A stretch of DNA of 64,000 nucleotides, taken from assembly GCF_016587355.1 (NCBI RefSeq), contig NZ_BNJF01000001.1:3189721-3253720 (forward strand), given 5' to 3'. How positions within the stretch are numbered: the first letter of the stretch is position 1; each line of letters opens with the position of its first letter. Source of the stretch: Ktedonospora formicarum (GTDB taxonomy: Bacteria > Chloroflexota > Ktedonobacteria > Ktedonobacterales > Ktedonobacteraceae). The position numbers were made by a program, and so were the translations under genes. This document shows positions 1 to 10,410 of this stretch, piece after piece. Below the pieces are notes generated by a model. That model was not told the DNA's origin and searched no databases. It saw only the letters and a list, made by a program, of their open reading frames with translations.

Positions 1-840
1 ATCCAGAGCGACCGCAACCAGACGATTGTCGCTGCCATTGACGAGCGTTTGCGCACCTTGCAATTGCGCTGCGTTGTCTGTATTCATCTGAGCGGTCTTG
101 CCATCATTGGTAGCCAGGTAGACCGTGGTGACATTGTCGCTTTGGTCCTGGTCAACAATAAAGAAGTCGCGCACAGTTGGGCAGGGCTGCCCATCGCTCC
201 CCTGGCCGAGTTGTGGCGGTACAAGCTTGCCCTGTCGAATGGCCTGGTTCGCCGAGCGGAAGAACGCCGGAGCGTTACAATAGGCGAATTGACCGAAGGG
301 GTTATTGGGAAGTCCGTTGACGCAGCGTCCCTGGCGTAGTGAGTTACCCTGTCCCTGCAACGTCAGTGTATCCCCATTATAGCCAAACCAGAGTGCCACA
401 ACGGCATTCGCGGGTAGCTTGGGCACAACTGGAGCGACCGCTGGTTCTGAGCCAGCATCGATGACTAAGGGGTTATAGATCGAAATCTGCCCTGTGGCGG
501 GATCAAAGACTGCACCCTGGACAAAGGCGGATTGGTCCGCGTTCGCTTCATTACAGGGACCGGCGTTAGGGTCAGTTGCCTGCAATTGATAAGGGGTTGC
601 CAATCCCTGGGCACTAAGTGGATTGGCGGGCACGATTAACGAGCAATTCGCGTTCGCGTCAGCAGCGTGTGTGCCTTTATGCGGCTGGTTGACAAGGACG
701 TATCCTCCGCCAAGCAGTGTGATTAGTAGTAGGGCAATGCCCAAGACGCGAAATGTTGGGAAACGTCGTTTTGAGCGCTTCAAAGAGTCTCTGCTAACAG
801 TAGGCGACTCATGTATATCAGGTCTGGGCAATGTTTGCAT
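1..840 (-). CDS. Hypothetical secreted/membrane-anchored cysteine-rich protein, paralog A. Partial: the C-terminus lies beyond the window start.
   Basis: A minus-strand reading frame is open from the window edge to an ATG at about 838-840, preceded by an AAGGAG Shine-Dalgarno. The translation starts MQTLPRPDIHE..., has an N-terminal basic and hydrophobic anchor, and aligns along its length with the product of 875..2443 (NCS/TIIVP.NPLSAQGLATPY.LQATDP..GPC.EAN...). Confidence 0.6.
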   Translation of the reverse strand, partial: MQTLPRPDIHESPTVSRDSLKRSKRRFPTFRVLGIALLLITLLGGGYVLVNQPHKGTHAADANANCSLIVPANPLSAQGLATPYQLQATDPNAGPCNEANADQSAFVQGAVFDPATGQISIYNPLVIDAGSEPAVAPVVPKLPANAVVALWFGYNGDTLTLQGQGNSLRQGRCVNGLPNNPFGQFAYCNAPAFFRSANQAIRQGKLVPPQLGQGSDGQPCPTVRDFFIVDQDQSDNVTTVYLATNDGKTAQMNTDNAAQLQGAQTLVNGSDNRLVAVALD

Positions 841-874
841 ATAAAACTCCTTTTTAACTGATGAGAGCAAGGAG

Positions 875-2443
875 CTATTTCTCATCCTTGTTCTGTCCAG
901 GCTGCGGACAATTGATGAGTACCCGGCGGGTCGCACGGTCTACGGCGAGTGTACAACTGACGCCATTGATTGTCGTGGTGCCGTTGCAGCCAGGAATTAG
1001 AACGCCATTAACGGAGCAATCCATAGGCATGTTGAACTTGATGTCCTGAATGGTTGCGTTAATGGCAACTCCGTTGTCATCTGTTTTCACTTGAATGGGT
1101 GAGTTGACGTTGAGGAGCCCCTTGCAGTCAAGACCATCTTCCTTGCCCCAGGTTGCGTTGAAGCGTTGCGCCAGGAAGGTGAAGAGGTTATTGGCTGCGT
1201 CTGTATCTGGCGATGGCTGGCGGATAGTGAAGCGTGAATCTGTGATCATACGTTGTGGAGCGACCGCAAGCAGGTTTGTGCAGTAGAGTCTGGTGCTTGC
1301 CTGACTGGCCTGCTTGATTTCTGGCTGGTTTACACCCACACGATACAGGTTAAGCTTCTGCATATTAGGCTGGTCATTATGTAAGACCATCGGGTCCCCA
1401 TTGGGAATGAGAGCAACGGGTGGCCCCTGGCGAACCATCGCGAAGAGCTCATTGAGAGCCAGTGAGGTTGACATCTGCCCCGGATCTTCCAGGTTAGGTG
1501 CCATCCAGGGCTTACAGCCAAGTGCGTTGTCCAGTGCAATAGCGACCAGGCGATTGTCGCTACCATTGTTAATAGCCTGTGCTCCCTGCAATTGTTGCGC
1601 GTTGGCGGCGCTCATCTGCGCGATTTTTCCGTCATCGGTCGCGAGGTAGGTGGTGGTGACGTTATCGCTCTGATCCTGGTCAACGACAAAGAAGTCGCGT
1701 ACGGTTGGGCAGGGGAGGCCATCTTTCCCTTTTGTGATCGCAGGCACCTTGAGTTTCCCATTCTTGATTGCCTGATTAGCAGCTGCGAAGAAGGCTGGCG
1801 CATTGCAGTAGGCATATTGCCCAAATGGATCATTAGGAAGCCCGTTGACACATTTGCCCTGTTGAAGTGCGTTACGGTTCCCTTTCAAAGTGAGAGTGTC
1901 ACCGTTGGAGCCAAACCAGAGGGCGACAATGGCATTCTGGGGCAGTTTGGGCACGACTGGTTTGACTGCTGGTGTGCTGCCTTTATCGATGATCAGGGGA
2001 TCGTATATAGAGACCTGCCCGGTCGCTGGATCGATGATCGCGCTTTGTACGAAGGCTGATTGTCCTGTGTTTGCTTCGTGACAGGGACCTTGAGCTGGAT
2101 CGGTTGCTTGTAACAGATAAGGCGTCGCTAATCCCTGCGCGCTTAGAGGATTCTGAGGTACGATAATTGTACAGTTGGGATTGTCTTCGGCGGCGTGTGT
2201 GTTCGGGTGGCTTTGGACGATAAAATAGGTGCCTGTACCTGCTAGCAGCAGAATAAGTGTGAGAGCAATACTAGCCAGGACGACTGGCTTGACGCGTTTA
2301 CGCTTTGGTGGGAGCGAGTAGTGTTCTCCACCTTCATCCTGCTCCACGTCATTGCTGTTGGATTGGGGTCGTGGGAGAGTTTGCATTGTATCGAGTGTCC
2401 CCTTTCTGATCCTTCTCTGAGAACCATCCATCACAGTGGGCAT
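875..2443 (-). CDS. Hypothetical secreted/membrane-anchored cysteine-rich protein, paralog B.
   Basis: ORF-track 522 aa. By analogy with paralog A the true start is probably the internal Met (MQTLPRPQS..., about 2386). It has a single N-terminal TM/signal segment and conserved Cys pairs. I recognise no known family. Confidence 0.65.
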   Translation of the reverse strand: MPTVMDGSQRRIRKGTLDTMQTLPRPQSNSNDVEQDEGGEHYSLPPKRKRVKPVVLASIALTLILLLAGTGTYFIVQSHPNTHAAEDNPNCTIIVPQNPLSAQGLATPYLLQATDPAQGPCHEANTGQSAFVQSAIIDPATGQVSIYDPLIIDKGSTPAVKPVVPKLPQNAIVALWFGSNGDTLTLKGNRNALQQGKCVNGLPNDPFGQYAYCNAPAFFAAANQAIKNGKLKVPAITKGKDGLPCPTVRDFFVVDQDQSDNVTTTYLATDDGKIAQMSAANAQQLQGAQAINNGSDNRLVAIALDNALGCKPWMAPNLEDPGQMSTSLALNELFAMVRQGPPVALIPNGDPMVLHNDQPNMQKLNLYRVGVNQPEIKQASQASTRLYCTNLLAVAPQRMITDSRFTIRQPSPDTDAANNLFTFLAQRFNATWGKEDGLDCKGLLNVNSPIQVKTDDNGVAINATIQDIKFNMPMDCSVNGVLIPGCNGTTTINGVSCTLAVDRATRRVLINCPQPGQNKDEK

Positions 2444-2779
2444 TCCATTTGATGTACTACGGTTGACTGTCGCTAAAATACTTGTTGTCTCAAACTGTCA
2501 TACTATCGAGCGACTGTTAGTTTGTCAGTATGTTATTTCCTGTTCTCTGTATCTCCTGTAAAGCCCTTACCTTGTAAACCTGATCTCCAGACAACTGCTG
2601 CATAATAGTAAGCATCTATGTATCAATGAAGTGATACATTAAGAAACGCACTGAAATGGCATAGCTATTTGTGGCCTGCAACTATGTATGATGGTTCTGC
2701 TAGGAATATTACCATGCTTTTTTTTGCGCTTGGCCTGCTTATATGACAATTTAGTTGTAAAGTACTAAAAATTGGTTAA

Positions 2780-2829
2780 GGTCTTATTCTAAAATTAACG
2801 CCGCTGTCGCATTCAGATTTTCGGAGAAG
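2780..2829. repeat. Dispersed palindromic repeat (REP/MITE-like family), degenerate copy.
   Basis: ggtcttat...cgccgctgtcgcattcagattttcggagaag. It shares both termini with the family consensus and sits 150 bp upstream of purH. Confidence 0.5.
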
Positions 2830-2964
2830 ATGTAGAGGCTATGGTCTGGTCTATACTGATATGGAAAGATGGCATCTGATATAGCATGGCGGTCCTGTGC
2901 TGGCAACTGCTGTGTGGTACGTTTTTGTTAGGAGCTACGAGCACATTGCAGTGCTTGGTGATGT

Positions 2965-4506
2965 TTGAAAGGTTTTTTTATGAGAGCATTGATAAGCGTG
3001 GCGAATCGCGAAGGGGTGACTCGGTTAGCTCAGGAATTGGGAGATCTGGGAGTATCGCTTTTCTCTCCAGAGAACACACGAAGGACGCTACAGGAGGCTG
3101 GAATCCAGGCCGCTCCTATTGAAGAACTTACTCAATTACCCGCCATTCTGGATGGGAAATTGCAAAAAATGCATTATACCCTCCTGGCTGGTATCATGGC
3201 GCGTCGAGACCACCCCCGCCACAAAGAGGATTTGCGTGTACATCAAATCGAGCCAATCGATGTGGTTGTGATCAACTTTCCCGCGTTTAGCGTAAAACAA
3301 GGGATATCTACAACAGAGATAATGGAACAAGTTGATATCGGTAGTGAGACACTTGTCCGAGCTGCCGCCAGCAATTTCTCAGATGTGCTGGTGCTAGTCC
3401 GCCCACAAGACTATGGCTTAGTACTTCAGGAGTGGCGAGAGCAAGGTGAGGTAAGCGAGGGGACCAGGCGTCGACTGGCTGCTATCGCTTTTCAATATGC
3501 TGCAAGTTATGCTAGCGTCATTGCTGAGTATCTGCGCTCTTCAGGTGGTGACCTCTTCCCCGATGAATTGACGCTTCCCCTACGTTATGTGCAGGCGTTA
3601 CGATACGGAGAAAATCCACAGCAGCGAGCGGCCTTATACCGTTGGGTAATGCCATCACAGCCTGACACTCCACATGGCGCGTGCGTTGAACCGTCTCTGG
3701 CAACATCAGAGATGCTACAAGGTGAGGAGCTCTCCTATAACAATTTGCTGGATCTAAATGTAGCGATTGAGGCCGCGAGTTCCTTTACGGTGCCAGCCGT
3801 GGCTATTATTAAGCATACTAATCCCTGTGGATTGGCCTGCGGGGATACGCTGCTCGAAGCATACCAGCAGGCTCACGCAGGTGATCCTATTCCCGCCAGT
3901 GGTGGTATTGTTGGTTGTAACCGAGAGGTGAATGGTGACGTCGCGCACGAACTCAGCCAGCTATTCTATGAAGCGGTGGTCGCACCCTCTTTTAGTAAAG
4001 AGGCACTCTCTCTATTACGTAAGAAGCCCGCGATGCGCCTGATAGCAACGCATTGTCTACACAAGCCGCAGAAGCGAAGCACCCATGGGCTTAAAAAAGA
4101 GTTACGACCAGAGTATCCTCTTGATGTACGCTCAATCCAGGGAGGGCTCTTGCTTCAGACACCAGATTACCAGGGGGAGCAGGAGATCGAATATACGGTT
4201 GTGACAGAGCGGGACCCCAATTTGGAAGAGGTCACAGACCTGATGTTTGCTTGGAAGGTCGTGCGTCTGGTAAAATCGAACGCGATTGTCCTGGCGCATA
4301 AACTGTCATTAATTGGGGTTGGAGCGGGACAGATGAGCCGCCTGGCGAGCGTCCAACTGGCATTGGAAAAGGCTGGGAGTCGCGCGCGTGGTTCGGTGCT
4401 TGCTGCCGATGCTTACTTCCCATTCCCCGATGGAGTCGAAGCCGCCGCTCGGGCTGGTGTGACTGCTATTATCCAACCGGGGGAGCTAGGCGTGACGAAG
4501 AAGTAA
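2965..4506 (+). CDS. purH: Bifunctional AICAR transformylase / IMP cyclohydrolase.
   Basis: N-terminal MGS-like domain ([11 protein letters not shown]..., [11 protein letters not shown]) and C-terminal AICARFT motifs ([35 protein letters not shown]). The track start is TTG 2965; an ATG at about 2980 (MRALISV) is the more likely start. Confidence 0.9.
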   Translation: MKGFFMRALISVANREGVTRLAQELGDLGVSLFSPENTRRTLQEAGIQAAPIEELTQLPAILDGKLQKMHYTLLAGIMARRDHPRHKEDLRVHQIEPIDVVVINFPAFSVKQGISTTEIMEQVDIGSETLVRAAASNFSDVLVLVRPQDYGLVLQEWREQGEVSEGTRRRLAAIAFQYAASYASVIAEYLRSSGGDLFPDELTLPLRYVQALRYGENPQQRAALYRWVMPSQPDTPHGACVEPSLATSEMLQGEELSYNNLLDLNVAIEAASSFTVPAVAIIKHTNPCGLACGDTLLEAYQQAHAGDPIPASGGIVGCNREVNGDVAHELSQLFYEAVVAPSFSKEALSLLRKKPAMRLIATHCLHKPQKRSTHGLKKELRPEYPLDVRSIQGGLLLQTPDYQGEQEIEYTVVTERDPNLEEVTDLMFAWKVVRLVKSNAIVLAHKLSLIGVGAGQMSRLASVQLALEKAGSRARGSVLAADAYFPFPDGVEAAARAGVTAIIQPGELGVTKK

Positions 4507-4608
4507 TCCAGGCTGCCAATAGCTATGCTATTGCTATGATCTTTACCAGCCGCCGCCACTATCGTCATTAAGGGATTAAATGGTTCCATTATAGATTGTT
4601 CTCTGTCC

Positions 4609-4661
4609 GCGCTGGCTCGCGGGATTGGGCATATTGCAAAACCAATCCCGCGAGCCAGCGC
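4609..4661 (+). terminator. GC-rich 20-bp perfect hairpin downstream of purH, a probable terminator (weak U-tract).
   Basis: gcgctggctcgcgggattgg / ccaatcccgcgagccagcgc with a 13-nt loop, about 100 bp after the purH stop. Confidence 0.4.
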
Positions 4662-4868
4662 ACTGAGAGGTTTGGGCTAGAAGTTAGTTAATCTCAGCAG
4701 CGTATTCTGATGCAGAGAGTGGCAGAGGGAGAGTGCGAAAGGCGGAGTAGCTCGGTGTGGGCCTTGTTGAGGGAGGCTGGGACAGGCTAAGCAGAGATAT
4801 TGATTTATTTTGGCGCAACGACTACAATACGATTACCATTACGCATGGTACTTACTCCTTATACATAC

Positions 4869-4914
4869 GGAGACCTAAGCGCTGGTTGTGCTAGCGTCGT
4901 TGCTTTCGTATAAG
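4869..4914. repeat. Dispersed palindromic repeat family copy (reverse orientation).
   Basis: ggagacctaagcgctggttgtgctagcgtcgttgctttcgtataag. It shares gagacctaagc with the copy at 10298 and the terminus gctttcgtataag. Confidence 0.5.
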
Positions 4915-4953
4915 ATTGTAGAAGTGCCTGCGTGTTCAACCAGTTTTCACTAT

Positions 4954-5002
4954 GGTCTTATGCGAAAACCGACTCCGCTAGCGCGCTCAGGTTTTCGATA
5001 GG
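4954..5002. repeat. Dispersed palindromic repeat family, compact canonical copy.
   Basis: ggtcttatgcgaaaacc-gactccgctagcgcgctca-ggttttcgatagg. It is a near-perfect palindrome with a central gctagc. Confidence 0.7.
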
Positions 5003-5042
5003 TAGTATCTGGCAAAACCCTCCGCGAAAGGAGCCGCATACG

Positions 5043-5432
5043 GTGAATAGTCCTATAGAATTGCGCAAGGTTATCTGGGGCGCGGTCTTATCCCTGGCAT
5101 GGGTCTTTACTTTTGTGTTTGTCAATGGCAACTTGGTCATTGATTGGACAAATACTGGTAACGATCTTACGCCACTCAAGCCTCTGGTCATCCTCGTTGG
5201 CTTGCTCATTATCTTCTTCTTTAATCTCTTCTATCGTTCGAATCCAGAGACAACCAAACTTAACTGGACAGTGACCCTGACAATGGTCTGGATGGCGATG
5301 ATCCTCTTCTTCCCTTTCCGCACAGACAAAGCGGGCGGCGCGATGGGTTTCTTCGCGTTGATCGGAGGATTGGCTGTCGTGGTGCTGTGGGTTCGCTTCT
5401 TCTCAGATGAGATTTTCACTTCAAAATCCTAA
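5043..5432 (+). CDS. Hypothetical integral membrane protein (3-4 TM).
   Basis: The track ORF 4932..5432 begins inside the repeat element. A GTG at about 5043 preceded by AAAGGAG is the more plausible start. The product is hydrophobic (VLSLAWVFTFVFVNG..., LVILVGLLIIFFF...). Confidence 0.4.
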   Translation: MNSPIELRKVIWGAVLSLAWVFTFVFVNGNLVIDWTNTGNDLTPLKPLVILVGLLIIFFFNLFYRSNPETTKLNWTVTLTMVWMAMILFFPFRTDKAGGAMGFFALIGGLAVVVLWVRFFSDEIFTSKS

Positions 5433-5613
5433 AGTCAGCACACATCGGTAGGGAGATATGATAGGAGGCGGCTTCTGATTGCCTGCCCCTCAACTCCCTA
5501 CCTTTTTTGTGCCCTTTGGGATTCACTCTAATAATACCCAGATAAAGGGGGAGAAGCCATCACATTGTTTCTGCGATGGCTTCTCCCCCCTTATCAATCT
5601 AATATATTGTGTT

Positions 5614-6537
5614 CTACTGTCGGTTGATGTGGTACGCGTGGGCGAAGCGCGCGGCCCAGCGGGCATTGTTGATGAGCAGAGCGACATTGGCCTCGACGCT
5701 GGTTCCACCAGTGCTTTGTGCTACGTGCCCCAGGATGAAAGGCGTCGTTGCAGCCCCTTTTACTCCTTGCTGTTGTGCCAGGCGTAGCGCTTCATCGATA
5801 GCCGCTTCTAGTGGCTTGGGATCCATGGCATGTTCGGTAGGGATGGGGCAGCCCACGACGATACCTTTGAGCCCACATTCCCATTGCTCGGAGGCGATAC
5901 GCGCCATTGTCTCAACATCATCGACACGCAAGGGGAGGCGGAAGCCACTTTCGCGTACGTAAAACGCCGGTAGCTCATCGGTCTGCCAGCCCAGGACTGG
6001 TACTCCCTGCGTCTCCAAATACTCCATAGTCAGGTCAAGATCCAGAATTGACTTTGCGCCCGCGCATACAACCATGACGGGCGTTCGACTCAGCTCCGTC
6101 AGATCTGCGGAGATGTCCATGGTTTCGGCTGCCCCACGATGGACACCACCGATACCACCCGTGGCGAAAAAGCGGATACCTGCCATGCTAGCGCAGAGCA
6201 TTGTTCCTGCGACTGTTGTTGCTCCCAGGCGTCTCGTTGCCAGAGCATAAGCAAGGTCTCGACGACTGACTTTATGGATGCCAGGAGTGGTAGCGAAGAA
6301 TTCTAGTTCTTCGCTACTCAAACCAATTTTAATTTTGCCATCGATCAGACCAATCGTTGCTGGGATGGCTCCTTCCTCACGAATAGCCTTTTCCATAGAC
6401 TGTGCCGCGTGGACGTTTTCAGGATAAGGCAATCCATGTGAGATGACAGTCGATTCCAGGGCAACTACGGCCTTTCCCTCATGTAATGCCTCTTCAACTG
6501 CGGGAGCAAATAATAATTTGGTTGATATATCGGCCAT
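5614..6537 (-). CDS. psuG: Pseudouridine-5'-phosphate glycosidase.
   Basis: 307 aa of the indigoidine synthase A-like/PsuG family. The length and motifs ...GKAVVALESTVISHGLPYPEN..., ...ATGGIGGVHRGA... match. Confidence 0.88.
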   Translation of the reverse strand: MADISTKLLFAPAVEEALHEGKAVVALESTVISHGLPYPENVHAAQSMEKAIREEGAIPATIGLIDGKIKIGLSSEELEFFATTPGIHKVSRRDLAYALATRRLGATTVAGTMLCASMAGIRFFATGGIGGVHRGAAETMDISADLTELSRTPVMVVCAGAKSILDLDLTMEYLETQGVPVLGWQTDELPAFYVRESGFRLPLRVDDVETMARIASEQWECGLKGIVVGCPIPTEHAMDPKPLEAAIDEALRLAQQQGVKGAATTPFILGHVAQSTGGTSVEANVALLINNARWAARFAHAYHINRQ

Positions 6538-6993
6538 TAGTTTCTATTTTCCTCTGGGTATTGTGTCGTATATCTCATTGATGATGCAAAGTGTCATCTG
6601 ATTTCTCCCAGCAGTATACAAGCTGGCTGTGTTTGGTGCAAACGCTTTACGATGTTCCACTGAAGTGTTAGCAAGCTTCTCTCTTTGTGTCGTCAGAAGC
6701 TTGGCCACTTGCGTGTTATGAGTAGAGGAATATAAATCTATATCTGCTCTATAATATGCTCAGAATGTCCTGTTTGCTTTGTGTGATCTTCGAGTCCATG
6801 CTATAGTAACAGATATATTGTATTCTGTGAATAAAGTGCGGCGTGACGGGTGCTGCATCTGCATGTCGGACGATTGATGTGTAACGCCAAAGATATTCTC
6901 AATCTGAGTATAGTAATCTATGTAGTCTGATGCGGGACTGGCAACCATGCTTGTATCGTGGTCTCGATATATAAAAAGGGAGTTATTACGCAT

Positions 6994-7986
6994 ATGGGTT
7001 TCGCGAAGAAACTGGCTTCAACCGCACTGTTAGTAGGCGGCGCATTGGGAGCTCTGGCTATTTATAACAAGATGGTCGAGTCGATGGCTGGCGAACTTGA
7101 TACTGTCCTCACTGGCGAGGAGCGACGCTATCCCTGGAAATATGGCGATATGTTTTACAGCGTCAAGGGGGCTCGCGACGCGAAACCTCTCCTCTTTATT
7201 CATGGTTTTGGGCCGGGCGCATCATCCTATGAGTGGCGTAAGAATCTGGATGCTCTGGCCGAGAATTTCCGTGTGTATGCTATCGACCTGCTGGGGTATG
7301 GTCTCTCGGATCGCCCAGGGGTGGCGTATGATGCCGAAACCTATGCTGACCTGATACACGATTTCCTGCGCGAGGTCATCAATAAGCCTGTCACTGTTAT
7401 TGCGCACGGCCAAAGCTGCGCCTTTGTTATCGCGGATGCCTATCGCCGCCCGGAACTCTTTGAGCGCTTGATTCTGGTTGAGCCTTCTCCATCGATCTTG
7501 CAGGAGAACTATCCGAGCCCATTAGAGAGCGCCTGGCGTCTTCTGTTGCGTGCACCAATTGTAGGACAGGCTCTTTATAATATGCTTGCCTCACGTCAGG
7601 CTATTCGAGGCTACTATGATCAACTTGGTTACCATAATCCTGGCCTGATCTCTGACGAGTTGGTCGAGTATGTCTTTACCAGCGCGCATCAGCCTGGAGC
7701 ATCTTTTGCGGGCTCGTCTTTACTCAGCAATGGCCTGACGATGGATGTGCATGAGCCATTCGCGCGCCTGCAAGTGCCCGTGCTTGCAGTGTGGGGGCGT
7801 GAGGGCGAACTAACGCCTAGCGAAGTGAGTGGGGTCTTCAAGCGTGTCAACTCCACGATAGAAGTACGCATTATGGATAAGAGTCGCTATCATTTGCAAG
7901 ATGAGCAAGCTGTGAATTTCAACAAGCTTGTGCGCGAGTTCGCGACCAATACTCCTCTTAATATAAGTACATCAACTAATCGCTAA
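6994..7986 (+). CDS. Alpha/beta-hydrolase fold protein with an N-terminal membrane anchor.
   Basis: Motifs LLFIHGFGPGASSYEW and nucleophile elbow AHGQSCAF. ATG 6994 is preceded by AAAAAGGGAG; the track start 6958 is upstream. Confidence 0.7.
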   Translation: MGFAKKLASTALLVGGALGALAIYNKMVESMAGELDTVLTGEERRYPWKYGDMFYSVKGARDAKPLLFIHGFGPGASSYEWRKNLDALAENFRVYAIDLLGYGLSDRPGVAYDAETYADLIHDFLREVINKPVTVIAHGQSCAFVIADAYRRPELFERLILVEPSPSILQENYPSPLESAWRLLLRAPIVGQALYNMLASRQAIRGYYDQLGYHNPGLISDELVEYVFTSAHQPGASFAGSSLLSNGLTMDVHEPFARLQVPVLAVWGREGELTPSEVSGVFKRVNSTIEVRIMDKSRYHLQDEQAVNFNKLVREFATNTPLNISTSTNR

Positions 7987-8124
7987 GCGCAACGTCTCAC
8001 TATAGGTTTGTGAGACTGCTAACGATGAGGAAGGGTTAGCCAGGTGATCAAGCTCACCTGGCTAACCCTTCCCATTATTATGTTTGGTTCCAGCAATGCT
8101 GTGTGCCCTTGCTTCAAAATGACC

Positions 8125-10233
8125 TTATGCCGTCAGAGCGACGACTTTAAAGCTGAAGACATTGATATCGGCATACTTGGAGCGTAGCCCCACCTGCCCT
8201 GCCTCTGTATAACGATTATCCGTGATCTGACTGACCTGCTGCCCATCGATCAGGAACGTGACGACATTCCCCTTGACCTCCAGGCGATAGGTGTGCTGGG
8301 TGTTATCTACGGTATAGTCCTGTTTGTTCGTCTCGTCAGTGGCAGAGTCGTTATCAAGGTGCGCGATATAGGCGTCGTTATTGGAGGCATTTATGCCGCC
8401 TGCATAGCCGTTCTTCCCAGTCACGCTTCTGGCTACGAGGTTGAAGTTTGCGTCGCTTGAGACGCTGTTATTATATTGTATAACCGCTTCTACCGCATAG
8501 TCGCTACTGGTTGGCTTATAGGGCGCGATAAGAGTATAGTTCCCATCCTGGTTGGTACCATCACTCCCTAGAGACCCATTGCTGATCCACTTCCATTGTT
8601 TTCCAATCTTCCAGCCATCCGCGTTTGTGTTCCAATTGGCCTGGTAGAGAATTGTCTCTGGAATCGCCGTAGGTGTAGGCGTCATGGTTGGCGTCGGTGT
8701 CATAGTTGGTGTTGGTGTTGGCGTTGGTGTGGTCTGCGTGACGGCAGTGGGCGTTGAGGCGCTTTGTTTGGGCAAGAGCATTGTGCTAGCGTAAAAGACG
8801 CCACCAGCTATAACCAGTATGAGTAACAATAATGTGATAACCAGGGCCCATACTTTACCTCTGCGCTTCTTCGGCGCTTTTGGTGGTTGTGCGAGTGTAT
8901 TCCGCTCTTGCTGGTTGCTCTTCCGTGTTGGCTGTGAGCTATGTTCCTGCGTTGTGACACTCAGGGGCACTTTAGGTTCCGCTGGTGGCGTTGGCGTCTG
9001 TGGTTGATGAATAGTCGCGAAACCACTCACATCGGGTACGGTTTTTGTTGGTTGTGCCGGTACTGATTGTGAGAAGGCTGCATAGGCGTTTGAGGGATGT
9101 GAGGGTGATGACGGTGTTGGTTGCACCGGCGCTGGGGGATGGGCTGGTGTGGTGGGTGGCACTGACTGTATAGGCGTATAGCTTGGCGTTGCAGGCGGAG
9201 GTGCTGTTCTGGTTGGTGGATAATTGGGTGCGGAAGGCACGGGATGAGAAGGGGTCATATTCGGTGTTGGTATAGAGCGTGATTGATATGGGTCGATTGG
9301 GAAAATCTGGGGTGGAGGTGGCGGAATGATGGGTGTCTGTGCTCCTGGAGGAGGTGGCGGAATGATGGGCGTAGGATTGGCGCTTAGCTGAGTGGATTCA
9401 CTTGCTTTTGCCAGAGCATCGGCAAAGTCTGTAATAGAAGGAAAGCGCTGCTCTGGACCTTTGGCAAGCGCGCGATAGAGTGTGCCAACGATGTCAGGTG
9501 CTATGCCCGGCACTTTGTCTTGTGGTGGTGGCACTGGGGCGGTAAGATGTTGCGCAATCAGTTCTGCCATAGAGCCCTTGAAGGGGGGCTCGCCCGTGAG
9601 CCATTCATAGGCTACGACTGCCAGGGCATATTGATCGCTCGCGGGCACCACACGACCTTGTGTCTGTTCGGGAGCCATGTAGATCGCTGTTCCTGTGATG
9701 TTAGGGGCGCTTTGATGGGAACTCTGGGCGATAAGCGCGATACCAAAATCACTGAGGAGCACTTCGTTGTCCTTGCTTAACAGCATATTTTCTGGTTTGA
9801 CATCACGGTGAATGATCCGCTGCTGATGCCCATACTCCAGGGCGCTTGCTGCCTGCCGCGTGTAGGTAACAATGGTAGAGAGGGGCAAACGCGTTCCACG
9901 TGGATGTAAGTTGCGTAGCGAGCCCTGTGGGGCGTAACTCATAACCAGGAAAGGCCTATCCCGCTCGACGCCGTACTCGAGAATGCGTACGATGTGCGGG
10001 TGCTCCAGATGCGCTATGGTCTGAGCCTCGGATCGAAAGTTATCAACATTCTCGCTAGTGAGTCGGATGCGCAGGACCTTGATAGCGGCTTGCGTGTGAA
10101 GGTGAATATGCTCGCCCAGGTAGACGTCAGCGAAGCCCCCCTGCCCAAGAAGCTTGATTAGCTTGTAGTTACCTAGCTGCTGATTCAACAGGTCGTCGTG
10201 ATTATCCTTCATCTTCCCCCTCTGTAACTTCAT
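8125..10233 (-). CDS. Hanks-type Ser/Thr protein kinase with a Pro-rich linker, one TM and a C-terminal extracellular jelly-roll domain (DUF1080/LamG-like).
   Basis: Kinase motifs LGQGGFADVYLGEH, HRDVKPENMLL, DFGIA, APE. The ~150-aa Pro/Thr-rich low-complexity region is followed by a TM (VWALVITLLLLILVIAGGVF). The C-terminal domain ILYQANWNTNADGWK...GQVGLRSKYADINVFSFKVVAL resembles DUF1080. Confidence 0.85.
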   Translation of the reverse strand: MKLQRGKMKDNHDDLLNQQLGNYKLIKLLGQGGFADVYLGEHIHLHTQAAIKVLRIRLTSENVDNFRSEAQTIAHLEHPHIVRILEYGVERDRPFLVMSYAPQGSLRNLHPRGTRLPLSTIVTYTRQAASALEYGHQQRIIHRDVKPENMLLSKDNEVLLSDFGIALIAQSSHQSAPNITGTAIYMAPEQTQGRVVPASDQYALAVVAYEWLTGEPPFKGSMAELIAQHLTAPVPPPQDKVPGIAPDIVGTLYRALAKGPEQRFPSITDFADALAKASESTQLSANPTPIIPPPPPGAQTPIIPPPPPQIFPIDPYQSRSIPTPNMTPSHPVPSAPNYPPTRTAPPPATPSYTPIQSVPPTTPAHPPAPVQPTPSSPSHPSNAYAAFSQSVPAQPTKTVPDVSGFATIHQPQTPTPPAEPKVPLSVTTQEHSSQPTRKSNQQERNTLAQPPKAPKKRRGKVWALVITLLLLILVIAGGVFYASTMLLPKQSASTPTAVTQTTPTPTPTPTMTPTPTMTPTPTAIPETILYQANWNTNADGWKIGKQWKWISNGSLGSDGTNQDGNYTLIAPYKPTSSDYAVEAVIQYNNSVSSDANFNLVARSVTGKNGYAGGINASNNDAYIAHLDNDSATDETNKQDYTVDNTQHTYRLEVKGNVVTFLIDGQQVSQITDNRYTEAGQVGLRSKYADINVFSFKVVALTA

Positions 10234-10297
10234 TGGAAAATCTGAGCGCGGTTGTTGCTACGAACATCGATGTTGCCTTCGCGGTCGCTAGCGGCAT

Positions 10298-10387
10298 GGG
10301 CTTTCGCATGAGACCTAAGCAAAACCAACGTCGCAAGAGCGACGTTGGTCTCGTATCAACCCGAACGTGCTCAGGTTTGTGAATAAG
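10298..10387. repeat. Dispersed palindromic repeat family, compound copy, between the two kinase genes.
   Basis: ggctttcgcatgagacctaagcaaaacc...gtgctcaggtttgtgaataag. Confidence 0.55.
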
Positions 10388-10410
10388 TAAATAAAAACAA
10401 GCTGTCCTTA

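Noticed and set aside
2444-2964. Possible purine or ZTP (pfl) riboswitch in the 520-bp leader of purH.
   Set aside because: I searched by eye for the pfl consensus (GGGTCGTGAC..GGC...ACCGGG...CGCC.GGGCA) and for purine-aptamer features. None is present. The region contains only an AT-rich stretch and one palindromic-repeat copy.
5225-5255. tRNA-like T-loop motif cgttcgaatcc.
   Set aside because: It is embedded in the membrane-protein CDS (codons for ...YRSNPE...). No cloverleaf-compatible acceptor, D or anticodon stems flank it. I found no tRNA or rRNA anywhere in the window.
8819-9780. Multiple 60-130-aa ORFs on the strand opposite the kinase, WD40 and rel genes (for example 8819..9007, 9520..9780, 21684..22073, 22070..22456, 43471..43701, 46754..47074).
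   Set aside because: They fall entirely inside well-supported long CDSs on the opposite strand, show no domain signatures, and are typical of high-GC antisense open frames.
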